Of a DNA stretch of 35,183 bases, positions 19,438-28,010 are shown piece after piece. Within the stretch, counting starts at the first letter, position 1, and every line of letters begins with the position of its first letter. Origin of the DNA: a virus. Lineage: Duplodnaviria > Heunggongvirae > Uroviricota > Caudoviricetes. A program made the translations under genes and the position numbers. Location: IMG/VR virus record IMGVR_UViG_3300031772_000005. One strand, 5' to 3'. Below the pieces are notes generated by a model. That model made no database searches and was not told the origin of the DNA. It saw only the letters and a list, made by a program, of their open reading frames with translations.

Positions 19438-20160
19438 TTATCTTTTTTTAGCTTTAGTATTTCTTGATTTAGGTATAGCTTTACTTACCAAAGACTTACT
19501 TAATACTTTATCAAAAGGCGCATTAAAAGTTTTTGAAAAAGGACTTGTACTAGGGTTAGATTTATTATTATTTTTAATTTTATTTACTTTTTGAATAACA
19601 TTTATATTTTTTTTAATTTTCAGAGCTCCTTTCACAATAGCTCCTAAATCAGCTTTTGGTAATGCTTTAGTTTGACCACCTACTTTATGATTTTTTAAAG
19701 CCGTTCCTGTAGCTTTCATAGTTTGTCCTTTGGCTTTTTGAGCAGCTCCTTTAGCTTTCATAGCCTGCCCTTTAGCCTTAAGTGCTTTACCAGCATCAAT
19801 AGATTCTTTAGCATTAGCTGCATTAAGTTTACTAAACCCAACAGCTCCTAAAGTTGCTCCAATAGTAGCAGATGCTCCAGCTACTTTAACATTTTTATAG
19901 GCTGCTGCACTTTTTGCATTTTTTGCATTTACTGCATCATTTTTAATTTTATTAGCAGTATTAGTAGCATTATCAGCATCTTGTTTTTCTTTTGTTGCTT
20001 TAGTAGCAGTAGTTTTAATTCTATCAGCAGCAATCTTATCTTTAATAGCTGCTGCTTGTTTAGCATATGCTGCAGCATCTTCAGCATCATCAGCAGCTTT
20101 AGCAGCTTTAGCAGCTTTAGCTTTCTTAACACTTTTTACAATTCCTCCTATTAGGCCCAT
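19438..20160 (-). CDS. Highly basic K/A-rich protein, 240 aa (putative internal/DNA-condensing)
   Basis: 49 Lys by hand count, K+A about 40%; heptad repeats, Gly/Ala hydrophobic segment, xxGG motifs. Confidence 0.7.
   Translation of the reverse strand: MGLIGGIVKSVKKAKAAKAAKAADDAEDAAAYAKQAAAIKDKIAADRIKTTATKATKEKQDADNATNTANKIKNDAVNAKNAKSAAAYKNVKVAGASATIGATLGAVGFSKLNAANAKESIDAGKALKAKGQAMKAKGAAQKAKGQTMKATGTALKNHKVGGQTKALPKADLGAIVKGALKIKKNINVIQKVNKIKNNNKSNPSTSPFSKTFNAPFDKVLSKSLVSKAIPKSRNTKAKKR
19687..19791 (-). repeat. Five degenerate 21-bp (7-aa) coding repeats
   Basis: GKALKAK GQAMKAK GAAQKAK GQTMKAT GTALKNH. Confidence 0.8.
20092..20118 (+). repeat. Perfect 9-bp tandem repeat x3 (AGCAGCTTT), encoding KAAKAAKAA
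   Basis: Read directly from the sequence. Confidence 0.9.
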
Positions 20161-20164
20161 GATA

Positions 20165-20749
20165 CTATATTTTTTTACCTGAGTTTTTTACACTCTTTTT
20201 AATAGATTTAGTTATTTTTCTTTCTGCTTTTTTTTCAGAAAAACCACCTAATTGTTCTTTTTTAAGAGGAAATGCTTTACTCATTGCTCCAGTTGCAGCT
20301 TTAGTACCTTTAGATTTTGATTTACTTGATATAGCAGATCCAATTACTGCTGCACCTACTGGTACACCAATCATTGCAGCACCTACTTTTTTAGCAGTTT
20401 GACCTTCATGATATGCATCCCAGTCTTCTACTCTTTTTAAATTTGAAGTAGCTTTTGCATAATGAGCAGCTTTAGCATTTTTAACAGCTTTTACACCAGC
20501 TTTTGCAGCTTTAACAATTGCACCTAATTGTGCTTTAGGTACCCCACCTTTTTTCATAGTAGCAATACCTGCATTAGCTGTATTAGTAGTTGCCATACCA
20601 TATACACCTTTTTTAAGTATTTCTGATCCACCAACTTGTGCTTTAGCATAACCAGCTCCTTTAGTATTAATAGCACGGGAGGACGCTTGTCCTCCTTTAG
20701 CCATTTTCTTTGTGCCTCCACAAGAAGCACATCCTAGTTTCTTTGCCAT
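20165..20749 (-). CDS. Highly basic K/A/G-rich protein, 194 aa (start moved to MAKKLG)
   Basis: ATG at 20749 follows the upstream stop at 20754; five xxGG motifs; shares PKAxLGAIVK with the 240-aa protein. Confidence 0.7.
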   Translation of the reverse strand: MAKKLGCASCGGTKKMAKGGQASSRAINTKGAGYAKAQVGGSEILKKGVYGMATTNTANAGIATMKKGGVPKAQLGAIVKAAKAGVKAVKNAKAAHYAKATSNLKRVEDWDAYHEGQTAKKVGAAMIGVPVGAAVIGSAISSKSKSKGTKAATGAMSKAFPLKKEQLGGFSEKKAERKITKSIKKSVKNSGKKI

Positions 20750-20753
20750 GATA

Positions 20754-21155
20754 TTATTTCTTTTTTGGTGAAGCTTTTTTAGGAGCAGTTGATATACCAC
20801 CTACTCTTCCTTTTGGAGAAGCAGCTTTAACAGCAACTTTAGAAATTGCTTTAGTAATACCACCTACTCTACCAGTTGCTGTTTTACTAGCAGAAACTTT
20901 AGAGTTAGCATTTACCATACCACCTGTTTTGTACATTTTTTTAGTTGCACCACCTTTTGATTTTATACCTAGTTCATCATCTGATGGAGTTGGTGCACTA
21001 TAAGTTTCTACTTGTTTACGTTTTTTAAATGATTCAGGTGTAGCAAATTTTGTTACAACTTTAGATGAACCTTTAGGTCCAAATACATTTGTTTGTCTAG
21101 TTTTAGTAGTAACTTTATTTCCTTCCGGATCAATTACTGTAGTTTTTCTTGGCAT
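20754..21155 (-). CDS. Highly basic K/T/G-rich protein, 133 aa
   Basis: Fills the gap with a normal leader; KSKGG, MYKTGG and two GRVGGI(T/S) repeats. Confidence 0.7.
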   Translation of the reverse strand: MPRKTTVIDPEGNKVTTKTRQTNVFGPKGSSKVVTKFATPESFKKRKQVETYSAPTPSDDELGIKSKGGATKKMYKTGGMVNANSKVSASKTATGRVGGITKAISKVAVKAASPKGRVGGISTAPKKASPKKK

Positions 21156-21176
21156 CTTATTTTATTTTATATATAG

Positions 21177-22190
21177 TTACATATTCCACAGTTTCTCAAT
21201 TTTCTGATTCATATCTTTCAATATATCCTCATTCATTGGGTTCTTGAGAAACTCTATTACATCTGAAACATTTCTACCTAACAACGTATTTGTTGATGCA
21301 TGATAAATATGTCCATCTGCCTTATTAATAATATACTTAAAAAATATGGAATCTTTAACAATTGCTTTAATTTTTAATGTTTCCATGTCTAAAGCTGCAG
21401 CTTCTAAGAAACCATTTGCAGCTCTTTCCTTATTTCCTTCAGTACCTTCACCACTAATATGTCTGTCCATACTCTCATATAGTACATCATTAGGAGTTGT
21501 TTTTTTATATTGAACACTTGTAGTATCCACAGCTTTTGCAACGTAAAATAACTTTGCACTATTTTTATCATAAAGTTTTTGCAATTCTGCACCAGCTTTA
21601 TTTCTTAATTTCTTATATTCAGTTTTAACAATAATAGTCTCCTCTATTTTATCTAAATAAAACTTAGGTGGTACTGCTCTTGATCTTGCATCTTCATAAC
21701 TTCTAGCTACTATAGAAAAGCCTCCGTTTTCAATTGCGTATAATTTAATTCTATCAAATGGATCTGATGGATCTAAGAATACAGGATTGTTTCCACATGA
21801 TAATGATATCTTATTAAAGAATTCAGCATTATCTGGTTTAATCAAAATCACTTTAGTCCAAAATTGTGGATCCTCAATATCTAATACATTAGCTGCTAAC
21901 TCTGCTTCAAGTTCTGCAACTGCTGTTCTTATCTCTCTAATTTTTGCAGCTTTCTCTTCAGGGTTTTTCATTAACTTAATTTCTGAAGCAAATTCATTTA
22001 AACCAGTTAGGTAATGTACTACTCCGTTTTTTTCAGTACATCCTAATTGTTCATTATGTGTAACTCCATCAAATAAAGATAATCCATAAGATTCTAGGCC
22101 CATATTAGATGCTGATTGATCAAAGTAAGGCTTAATACTTATAGCACTTGACTTAGATGCATTTGTTGTTTCAATGTGTGTGTAACTCAT
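21177..22190 (-). CDS. Conserved crAss-like capsid-module protein downstream of MCP, 337 aa, function unknown
   Basis: Long helical ORF in the conserved post-MCP position. Confidence 0.6.
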   Translation of the reverse strand: MSYTHIETTNASKSSAISIKPYFDQSASNMGLESYGLSLFDGVTHNEQLGCTEKNGVVHYLTGLNEFASEIKLMKNPEEKAAKIREIRTAVAELEAELAANVLDIEDPQFWTKVILIKPDNAEFFNKISLSCGNNPVFLDPSDPFDRIKLYAIENGGFSIVARSYEDARSRAVPPKFYLDKIEETIIVKTEYKKLRNKAGAELQKLYDKNSAKLFYVAKAVDTTSVQYKKTTPNDVLYESMDRHISGEGTEGNKERAANGFLEAAALDMETLKIKAIVKDSIFFKYIINKADGHIYHASTNTLLGRNVSDVIEFLKNPMNEDILKDMNQKIEKLWNM

Positions 22191-22217
22191 TTTGTTGGTT
22201 ATTAATTGTTGGTTATT

Positions 22218-22260
22218 AAAAAAAAAGAAAAAAGAGAAGGCTGTTTAGGACCTTCTCTTT
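22218..22260 (-). terminator. Intrinsic terminator after the MCP gene
   Basis: Perfect 10-bp stem AAAGAGAAGG / CCTTCTCTTT, 10-nt loop, long U tract. Confidence 0.9.
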
Positions 22261-22272
22261 CTAGGGTAATTA

Positions 22273-23889
22273 TTAGAATGATCCACCAGTAATTGGATTT
22301 CTCATAACAATCTTAAGAACCTTAGTTGGATCTTTAACCCAGATAGCTGGCATTGTTTGAGACATCATTACACGGTAACCGTTAAATTGTCCAGATGATT
22401 GGAATCCTTGAGTACGTCCCATGTAGTCCATAGTACCATTTTGATACCACCACTTCAATTGGTTATCCCAAGATAATTTCAACATAAAGATATTATCATT
22501 TGTATTATCAGTAATATCAAAGATAATGAAAGAATAAGATGACAATGGGAAACCATCAATGATTGGGTTTTCAATATCATTAGTGTGGATGTTATCAAAT
22601 GCTGGATTCAATACAAACTTAACATTAGCCAAGAATGGAATAACGTAAGAAGTATATGCAAATCCAAAATTCAAGTCCATTCCTTTACCAGTGATTGCAC
22701 CAATATCTGCAGCTTGAATTAACAAACCAGAAGATACAGCTTCACGTTTAATAGCCTCATTGACCATACGCATACCACCCATACCTGTTTGTACTACTAG
22801 AGAACGTTTAGGATCTGGACCTTGGAATTCAACTTTACCATTAAAGAAGTTGTAGATTTCTCCACGGAACAAGTCTAATGTAAAGTTATTCTTATTGTAA
22901 ATTCTTTTGTAAGAATTATCCAATTGCTTCCAAAGACCTACAGATAATCTAACATCATCTGGTCCATCTTGACGTACACGTCCACCATGACCCCACATAA
23001 GGTAAGTCTCAATATCCGTAGCAATTTTAGTTAAGTGAGCTGCTTCCATATTAGTTAAGAAAGTACGTGACAAATCACCATTGTCAAATGCTTTTTTAAC
23101 TGAATCTTTACCCATAGTTTTAACCATGTCCTCTAAAGAGTTCACAGATGGATCAATATTCTTATCAAAGTTTCTCCAGATTTCAGTTACAGGAACTGTT
23201 CCATCTGCATTCATTCCACCTTTAATCATCAAGTCTGCACGTGATGAAATAGAATAATGTACGTGAGCTTCAGCACCTCCTACAAAATTGTAGAATTCAC
23301 GGAAACCTGTGTTAGTTTGGATGTCAGAGAATCTTTCACCATATTCACCTCTTGCAGAAGACTTACGGAAAACCTTAGTTCCATTAGCAAGATACTTGTT
23401 ATCAAGATATTTGTAGTTATCATTGTTAACTAACTGTACTGTGTAGATAAAACCATCTCCAATTGGAAGGATATCATCTGCAGTAATGTACATCTCAACA
23501 CCGTTATATTTATCATAAGTGATGATATCACCATGACCAAATTCACGTTTGTTAAGTTTGATTTTGAAGGTAGTACCATCTACACCTTTGAAATCATTAC
23601 CTGATTCAATGTCTTCAATAATGTATGGTAAGTCTTGAGAAACCGGAGTTTGCCATTTGTACTCACCACGTGCATTATCAACATTGATAACATTTTTCCC
23701 TCCAAAGCTTGATAGCTGATAGAGAGGCATTTCTACTTTCTGTGCCATTGCCCATAAATCTACTGGGCCAAGGTCCATCGGCTCAGCATCTTTCAGCATG
23801 TTCACAAGGTGGTATGAATCTACATGTGATGATGCCGCATAGGAAGTATCACGTAGGAATATACCATTGTTTAAAACTGGAGTTGCCAT
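22273..23889 (-). CDS. Major capsid protein (HK97 fold, crAss-like), 538 aa
   Basis: Position after portal and scaffold, size, strong codon bias, own terminator, C-terminal 'PAIWVKDPTKVLKI..NP.TG' pattern of crAss-like MCPs. Confidence 0.85.
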   Translation of the reverse strand: MATPVLNNGIFLRDTSYAASSHVDSYHLVNMLKDAEPMDLGPVDLWAMAQKVEMPLYQLSSFGGKNVINVDNARGEYKWQTPVSQDLPYIIEDIESGNDFKGVDGTTFKIKLNKREFGHGDIITYDKYNGVEMYITADDILPIGDGFIYTVQLVNNDNYKYLDNKYLANGTKVFRKSSARGEYGERFSDIQTNTGFREFYNFVGGAEAHVHYSISSRADLMIKGGMNADGTVPVTEIWRNFDKNIDPSVNSLEDMVKTMGKDSVKKAFDNGDLSRTFLTNMEAAHLTKIATDIETYLMWGHGGRVRQDGPDDVRLSVGLWKQLDNSYKRIYNKNNFTLDLFRGEIYNFFNGKVEFQGPDPKRSLVVQTGMGGMRMVNEAIKREAVSSGLLIQAADIGAITGKGMDLNFGFAYTSYVIPFLANVKFVLNPAFDNIHTNDIENPIIDGFPLSSYSFIIFDITDNTNDNIFMLKLSWDNQLKWWYQNGTMDYMGRTQGFQSSGQFNGYRVMMSQTMPAIWVKDPTKVLKIVMRNPITGGSF

Positions 23890-23911
23890 TTGTACTATTT
23901 ATTTATTTATA

Positions 23912-25150
23912 TTAAAATCGTCTGAACATGCTACCACCTGAAGTTCTAGGTATGGTTCTCTGTCCTGTTTTTCTTGTTTTTTCTTCTTTATCATCTGCTT
24001 CATTAGTAGTAGATGATATCTTTCTTGCTTCTTCTGTTTTAAGCATTCTTACAGTTTTTTCTGTAACTGCTTTTCCACCTTGCTCTTGTAACTTTGCTTT
24101 ATATCCTACAGGATCAGCAAGTAACCATAAAGCTTCAGCAATTAAGTCATGTCTTGGTTCAACAAATTGATACTTCTCTAAAAGATGACCTAACATATTT
24201 GTAGGTTTACCTGATATAGAAGGATAGTTAGGTTGAACTAATCCTGAGTATAACATACTCTGAACTTTTTTATCTAACTTAACACCACTTAACTCTCCTA
24301 CTGACAATACATCATATACATTATCCATGTATTGTTTTGCTTGGTGAGCTTGTTGTTCTTTTTTATTTTCTTGATCCGCTAACTTTCTTGCAATAATTTC
24401 TTCTTGCATTCTATCTAACTTAGGTTTGAATTGCTTAGCTTTTTGTTCTAGCTTATTCATATCTCCCCAATCTTCAATCTCTGCTTCAATTTCTTCAGCA
24501 TCACCAAAATTTGTAGCATACAAATATTGTCTTGCTATTTCAGCTTGGTGATCTGTATTATCAGCATCTAATTCAAAAATCTCTTCAACGTGTGCTAATG
24601 ATCTAAATAAACCTTTTAAATCTTGACCACCATCAGCAACATACTTAGCTGCTACTTGTAATTCTTGTGGTAAAGAATTAAAAAATTCTTTTGGTGTATT
24701 TTCTCTAACTTTATTTTCTCTCTCTTGAAAGTTAGCTTCAAACAATTCTCTGAAATCTTTAGTAGTATATTCTTCTAAAGCTTTGTCATCATCAAATCCT
24801 ACTAAACTACCTTCTTCAATCATTTTTTGTGCTAATTCATATAGTCCAGATTTATCAACCTTTGGTCTACCTTTATTACCAGCATCTTCTTCTTGAGAGA
24901 TTAAACCATTTAGCTCATCTATTGTCTCATTAATTTCTATCTTTTCCTCAGCAGTAGTTTTAGTATCTGCATTTGGAGTGTCAAGGAACGTAGTATCCAC
25001 CATCTCTTTGGTGAACATTGTTTTTGGTTTTTCAACTGCTTTGTCACCATCAGGTAACATTACACTTTCTGCACCTGGCATTCCAAACATCTCATCTAGA
25101 TCTACCTCTACTTCACTTACCGTTGTAAGATTTTGTGCTTCTTCACTCAT
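23912..25150 (-). CDS. Acidic helical protein between portal and MCP, probable scaffold, 412 aa (start moved to MSEEAQ)
   Basis: D/E-rich N-terminus, coiled coils, basic C-terminal tail; classic scaffold position. Confidence 0.65.
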   Translation of the reverse strand: MSEEAQNLTTVSEVEVDLDEMFGMPGAESVMLPDGDKAVEKPKTMFTKEMVDTTFLDTPNADTKTTAEEKIEINETIDELNGLISQEEDAGNKGRPKVDKSGLYELAQKMIEEGSLVGFDDDKALEEYTTKDFRELFEANFQERENKVRENTPKEFFNSLPQELQVAAKYVADGGQDLKGLFRSLAHVEEIFELDADNTDHQAEIARQYLYATNFGDAEEIEAEIEDWGDMNKLEQKAKQFKPKLDRMQEEIIARKLADQENKKEQQAHQAKQYMDNVYDVLSVGELSGVKLDKKVQSMLYSGLVQPNYPSISGKPTNMLGHLLEKYQFVEPRHDLIAEALWLLADPVGYKAKLQEQGGKAVTEKTVRMLKTEEARKISSTTNEADDKEEKTRKTGQRTIPRTSGGSMFRRF

Positions 25151-25260
25151 TTTATCATTGTTGGTTATTAATTTAATATACGTATTTTTAAACAAATAAA
25201 CTTCTAATATTTAAAATAATCTAACTTTATAATATTATTTTCAGCATTATATAGCTAATC

Positions 25261-28005
25261 TTATTTCTTCTTAGGTTGTGGTTTATCAAATTTATTTTTA
25301 TTTGTTTGTGCAATTCTTAATGCATTAGCTGCTATTTCTTTTTGAGCTGCAATTTTTTCTCTTTCTATTTCATTTTTTGAATTTTGATTAACCATCTTGT
25401 TACTTTCTTTCTGTCTTTCTAATTGACTTTGATCTTGGTATTGTTCAGATTGACGGATATCCTTCATAGCATCTTGATAGTCAGACATTTTGTTTTCATT
25501 AACATCTACTGCTGCACCAAAACCTGCGGCTCTAATTTCAGCAACAACTACATTATTTTCAAGTTGATTAGCTTGTTCTTCAGCTCTAGCTTGAATATCC
25601 ATTTGCTTTTGTTTCTCTTGAGAAGCAATCATGTCATCCTGCATTTGTTTAGCATTCTGTTGTTCTTGCTGTTTTTGTTGTTGTAACTTAGCTTCAGAAT
25701 CTTTAAGTACATGATTAAGTTCTGCAATAGATTCTGACTGAACTACCTTACCTAGATCATATATAGAAGCTCCAGTAGTATTATTTTGTAATGACATTTG
25801 TTTTAACTGCTCTAGGATAGCTCTATGATTAGCTGTAGTAGTACAGAATATATTTAAATCTCTTAACATTAAATCAGTACCAAATACTTCAAAATTAACT
25901 TTCTCATCTGCACTAGTCATATAAGTAAGTCTTTTAGAAGGATTAGTACTATGATAATACTGTGCTAGATCTGTACGCATTTGATGTACTCTTGGCATTA
26001 AATAATCACAGTGTTGTATAAAGTAAGTTTCTGTTTGTGCATAAGATGCTGCAACAGCTTGTTCTACTCCGGTAGCTGTAGTTCTAGATAACTCTTGACC
26101 CATACGTTGAGGATTAACTCCAATTACTTCATAAGCTTGTTGCTTAAAATAATTAGCTAACTGTATCCTTGACATTAATCTGTTAGTCTGTTCTAGGTCT
26201 AATTTCTGGAAATGTTGAAAGTTTAATGCATTCTCTGTATTAGTAATAGAAGTATCTAATGGTAGCATCTGAAAATTCTTCATTGCTACATAAGCTTTAG
26301 CTAAATTATTCTTACCCCAATCTTCACCCATAGAATGTCTTGGTAAAGCATTTTGATCTAATAATATTACTGTACCTAGTTCATCTATTAATATATCTGC
26401 AATTTGATTATTTACTATATTATAACCTATTTGATAAGGCTTCATTAGATCTAGTAATGCAGTTGACTTAGTATTTCTATCAGAGAATACGGCACCTTCT
26501 ACAGGTAACTTACATCCATATATAGTAGCATCACCTTTAAATTGAAATTTAAGGGGCCCTATTTCAGGTCTATCAATACCTACATATAGAGGAGTAAATC
26601 CTCCAGGATTATTCATACCCCAAAAAGATGGAATATTAGGTCCAATTTTTACACCACCCCATACATTATTAATCCATACCCAATCTATATGTTCACCATA
26701 TATAACATTATCTTTAGTTTTATTTTTAAAGAGTCTTGTATCATAGATTGGTTTATCAGTAATTTTATAATCTTCAGTTACAATTTCTACTATAACTTGA
26801 CCATTATCAGCTACTTTAGTTAAGTGTCCTACTTTTATTTGAGACTTCCAATATCCGGTAGATACTCTTAATAAATATGCTGTACCTTGTTCATAATAAT
26901 CCTCACCTTCTGATAAAATATAATTAATTATATCTCCACCATTATGTGCTGAATTAGCCATTGCAGTAGTAAGTTGTCTCATACCTAATGAAGGCATATT
27001 AGTGTTCCACTCATGACTCTTAGTACCATCATAAAAAGTACCGTCATTTTGATAACCTCCAATATTATATCCAGCTGATCTAATAGGATAAATGGCCTCA
27101 AGAGATTCCATTTGTTCTGTGGTCATAAGATATCCATACTTATCTATAACGTCTGCTACAGTCATCATATCTGTCTTACCTACATAGTTTGATTGAGATA
27201 TATATCTTGCATCCGGAGACTTATGATAAAAGCATAATACAGGATTCCACAATTCTACCTCATAGTCATCTTCCATCATACGCATATGCCAGAACTCTCT
27301 ATCTGTAATAAGCATATCTCTAAAAGCTCTTTCTTCTAACTCTTCCATTCTAAATCGGCCTACATCTACTTTATGTTGATGTGTGGCCCATTCTTCTGCC
27401 ATAGATCTATAATCTTTTTTAAAGAATGATTCTATTTCAGGAAGTGATTTTAATTTTTCTGGACTTAATTCTTGTTGAGCTTCTTCAGATTCAGGATCTA
27501 AACCTTGTTCCATAAGAGCACTCTTTATTTTTACTTGAGCTTCAGACATTAAGGTTTCTTCTACCATAGATCTTTTTTGTTCCATCATCTCATTATATGT
27601 AAATTCATCTACAGCTCTATAAGTTAGTTTAGTAGATCTTTTAGCAAACTCTGCTACAAGTACATTAATTACATTAGGGATAATAGGATAGAATTTTAAC
27701 TCTAAAGCTGATGCATCTTCAGCAGTTAATACATCTATAATATCTTTATATTCATTATCTTCTTCTACTATGTAATCCGTCTTATCTATAATACCCTTAG
27801 CAAGTTTATAGTTTTTCATAAGTCTTCTTGCATTTCTGCGTATTTGCTTAAGGCCTTGCCACTCTAACCAATCTAAATTCCAAGCAGCCCAGTGCTCATC
27901 TTTTTCTATCTTAGGTATAAACTGTAAAGGTTGTGTAACACTACCTAATCTATTATGTTGTGTCTTTGCTCCAGCTTTAGCCTGCAATGCGTTTATTACT
28001 TGCAT
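25261..28005 (-). CDS. Portal protein, 914 aa
   Basis: Follows TerL; 'YPIIPNVINVL..E' motif and long Q/E/K C-terminal coiled coil typical of crAss-like portals. Confidence 0.88.
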   Translation of the reverse strand: MQVINALQAKAGAKTQHNRLGSVTQPLQFIPKIEKDEHWAAWNLDWLEWQGLKQIRRNARRLMKNYKLAKGIIDKTDYIVEEDNEYKDIIDVLTAEDASALELKFYPIIPNVINVLVAEFAKRSTKLTYRAVDEFTYNEMMEQKRSMVEETLMSEAQVKIKSALMEQGLDPESEEAQQELSPEKLKSLPEIESFFKKDYRSMAEEWATHQHKVDVGRFRMEELEERAFRDMLITDREFWHMRMMEDDYEVELWNPVLCFYHKSPDARYISQSNYVGKTDMMTVADVIDKYGYLMTTEQMESLEAIYPIRSAGYNIGGYQNDGTFYDGTKSHEWNTNMPSLGMRQLTTAMANSAHNGGDIINYILSEGEDYYEQGTAYLLRVSTGYWKSQIKVGHLTKVADNGQVIVEIVTEDYKITDKPIYDTRLFKNKTKDNVIYGEHIDWVWINNVWGGVKIGPNIPSFWGMNNPGGFTPLYVGIDRPEIGPLKFQFKGDATIYGCKLPVEGAVFSDRNTKSTALLDLMKPYQIGYNIVNNQIADILIDELGTVILLDQNALPRHSMGEDWGKNNLAKAYVAMKNFQMLPLDTSITNTENALNFQHFQKLDLEQTNRLMSRIQLANYFKQQAYEVIGVNPQRMGQELSRTTATGVEQAVAASYAQTETYFIQHCDYLMPRVHQMRTDLAQYYHSTNPSKRLTYMTSADEKVNFEVFGTDLMLRDLNIFCTTTANHRAILEQLKQMSLQNNTTGASIYDLGKVVQSESIAELNHVLKDSEAKLQQQKQQEQQNAKQMQDDMIASQEKQKQMDIQARAEEQANQLENNVVVAEIRAAGFGAAVDVNENKMSDYQDAMKDIRQSEQYQDQSQLERQKESNKMVNQNSKNEIEREKIAAQKEIAANALRIAQTNKNKFDKPQPKKK

Positions 28006-28010
28006 ATTGT

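Noticed and set aside
93-20963. GG motifs as ubiquitin-like conjugation ends
   Set aside because: Motifs are internal, no beta-grasp domain precedes them, and no E1/E2/JAB genes are in the window.
19929-21592. Alternative-frame minus ORFs 19929..20132 and 21404..21592
   Set aside because: Nested in real genes; the L/K/M-rich sequence is the expected frameshifted read of Ala/Lys codons.
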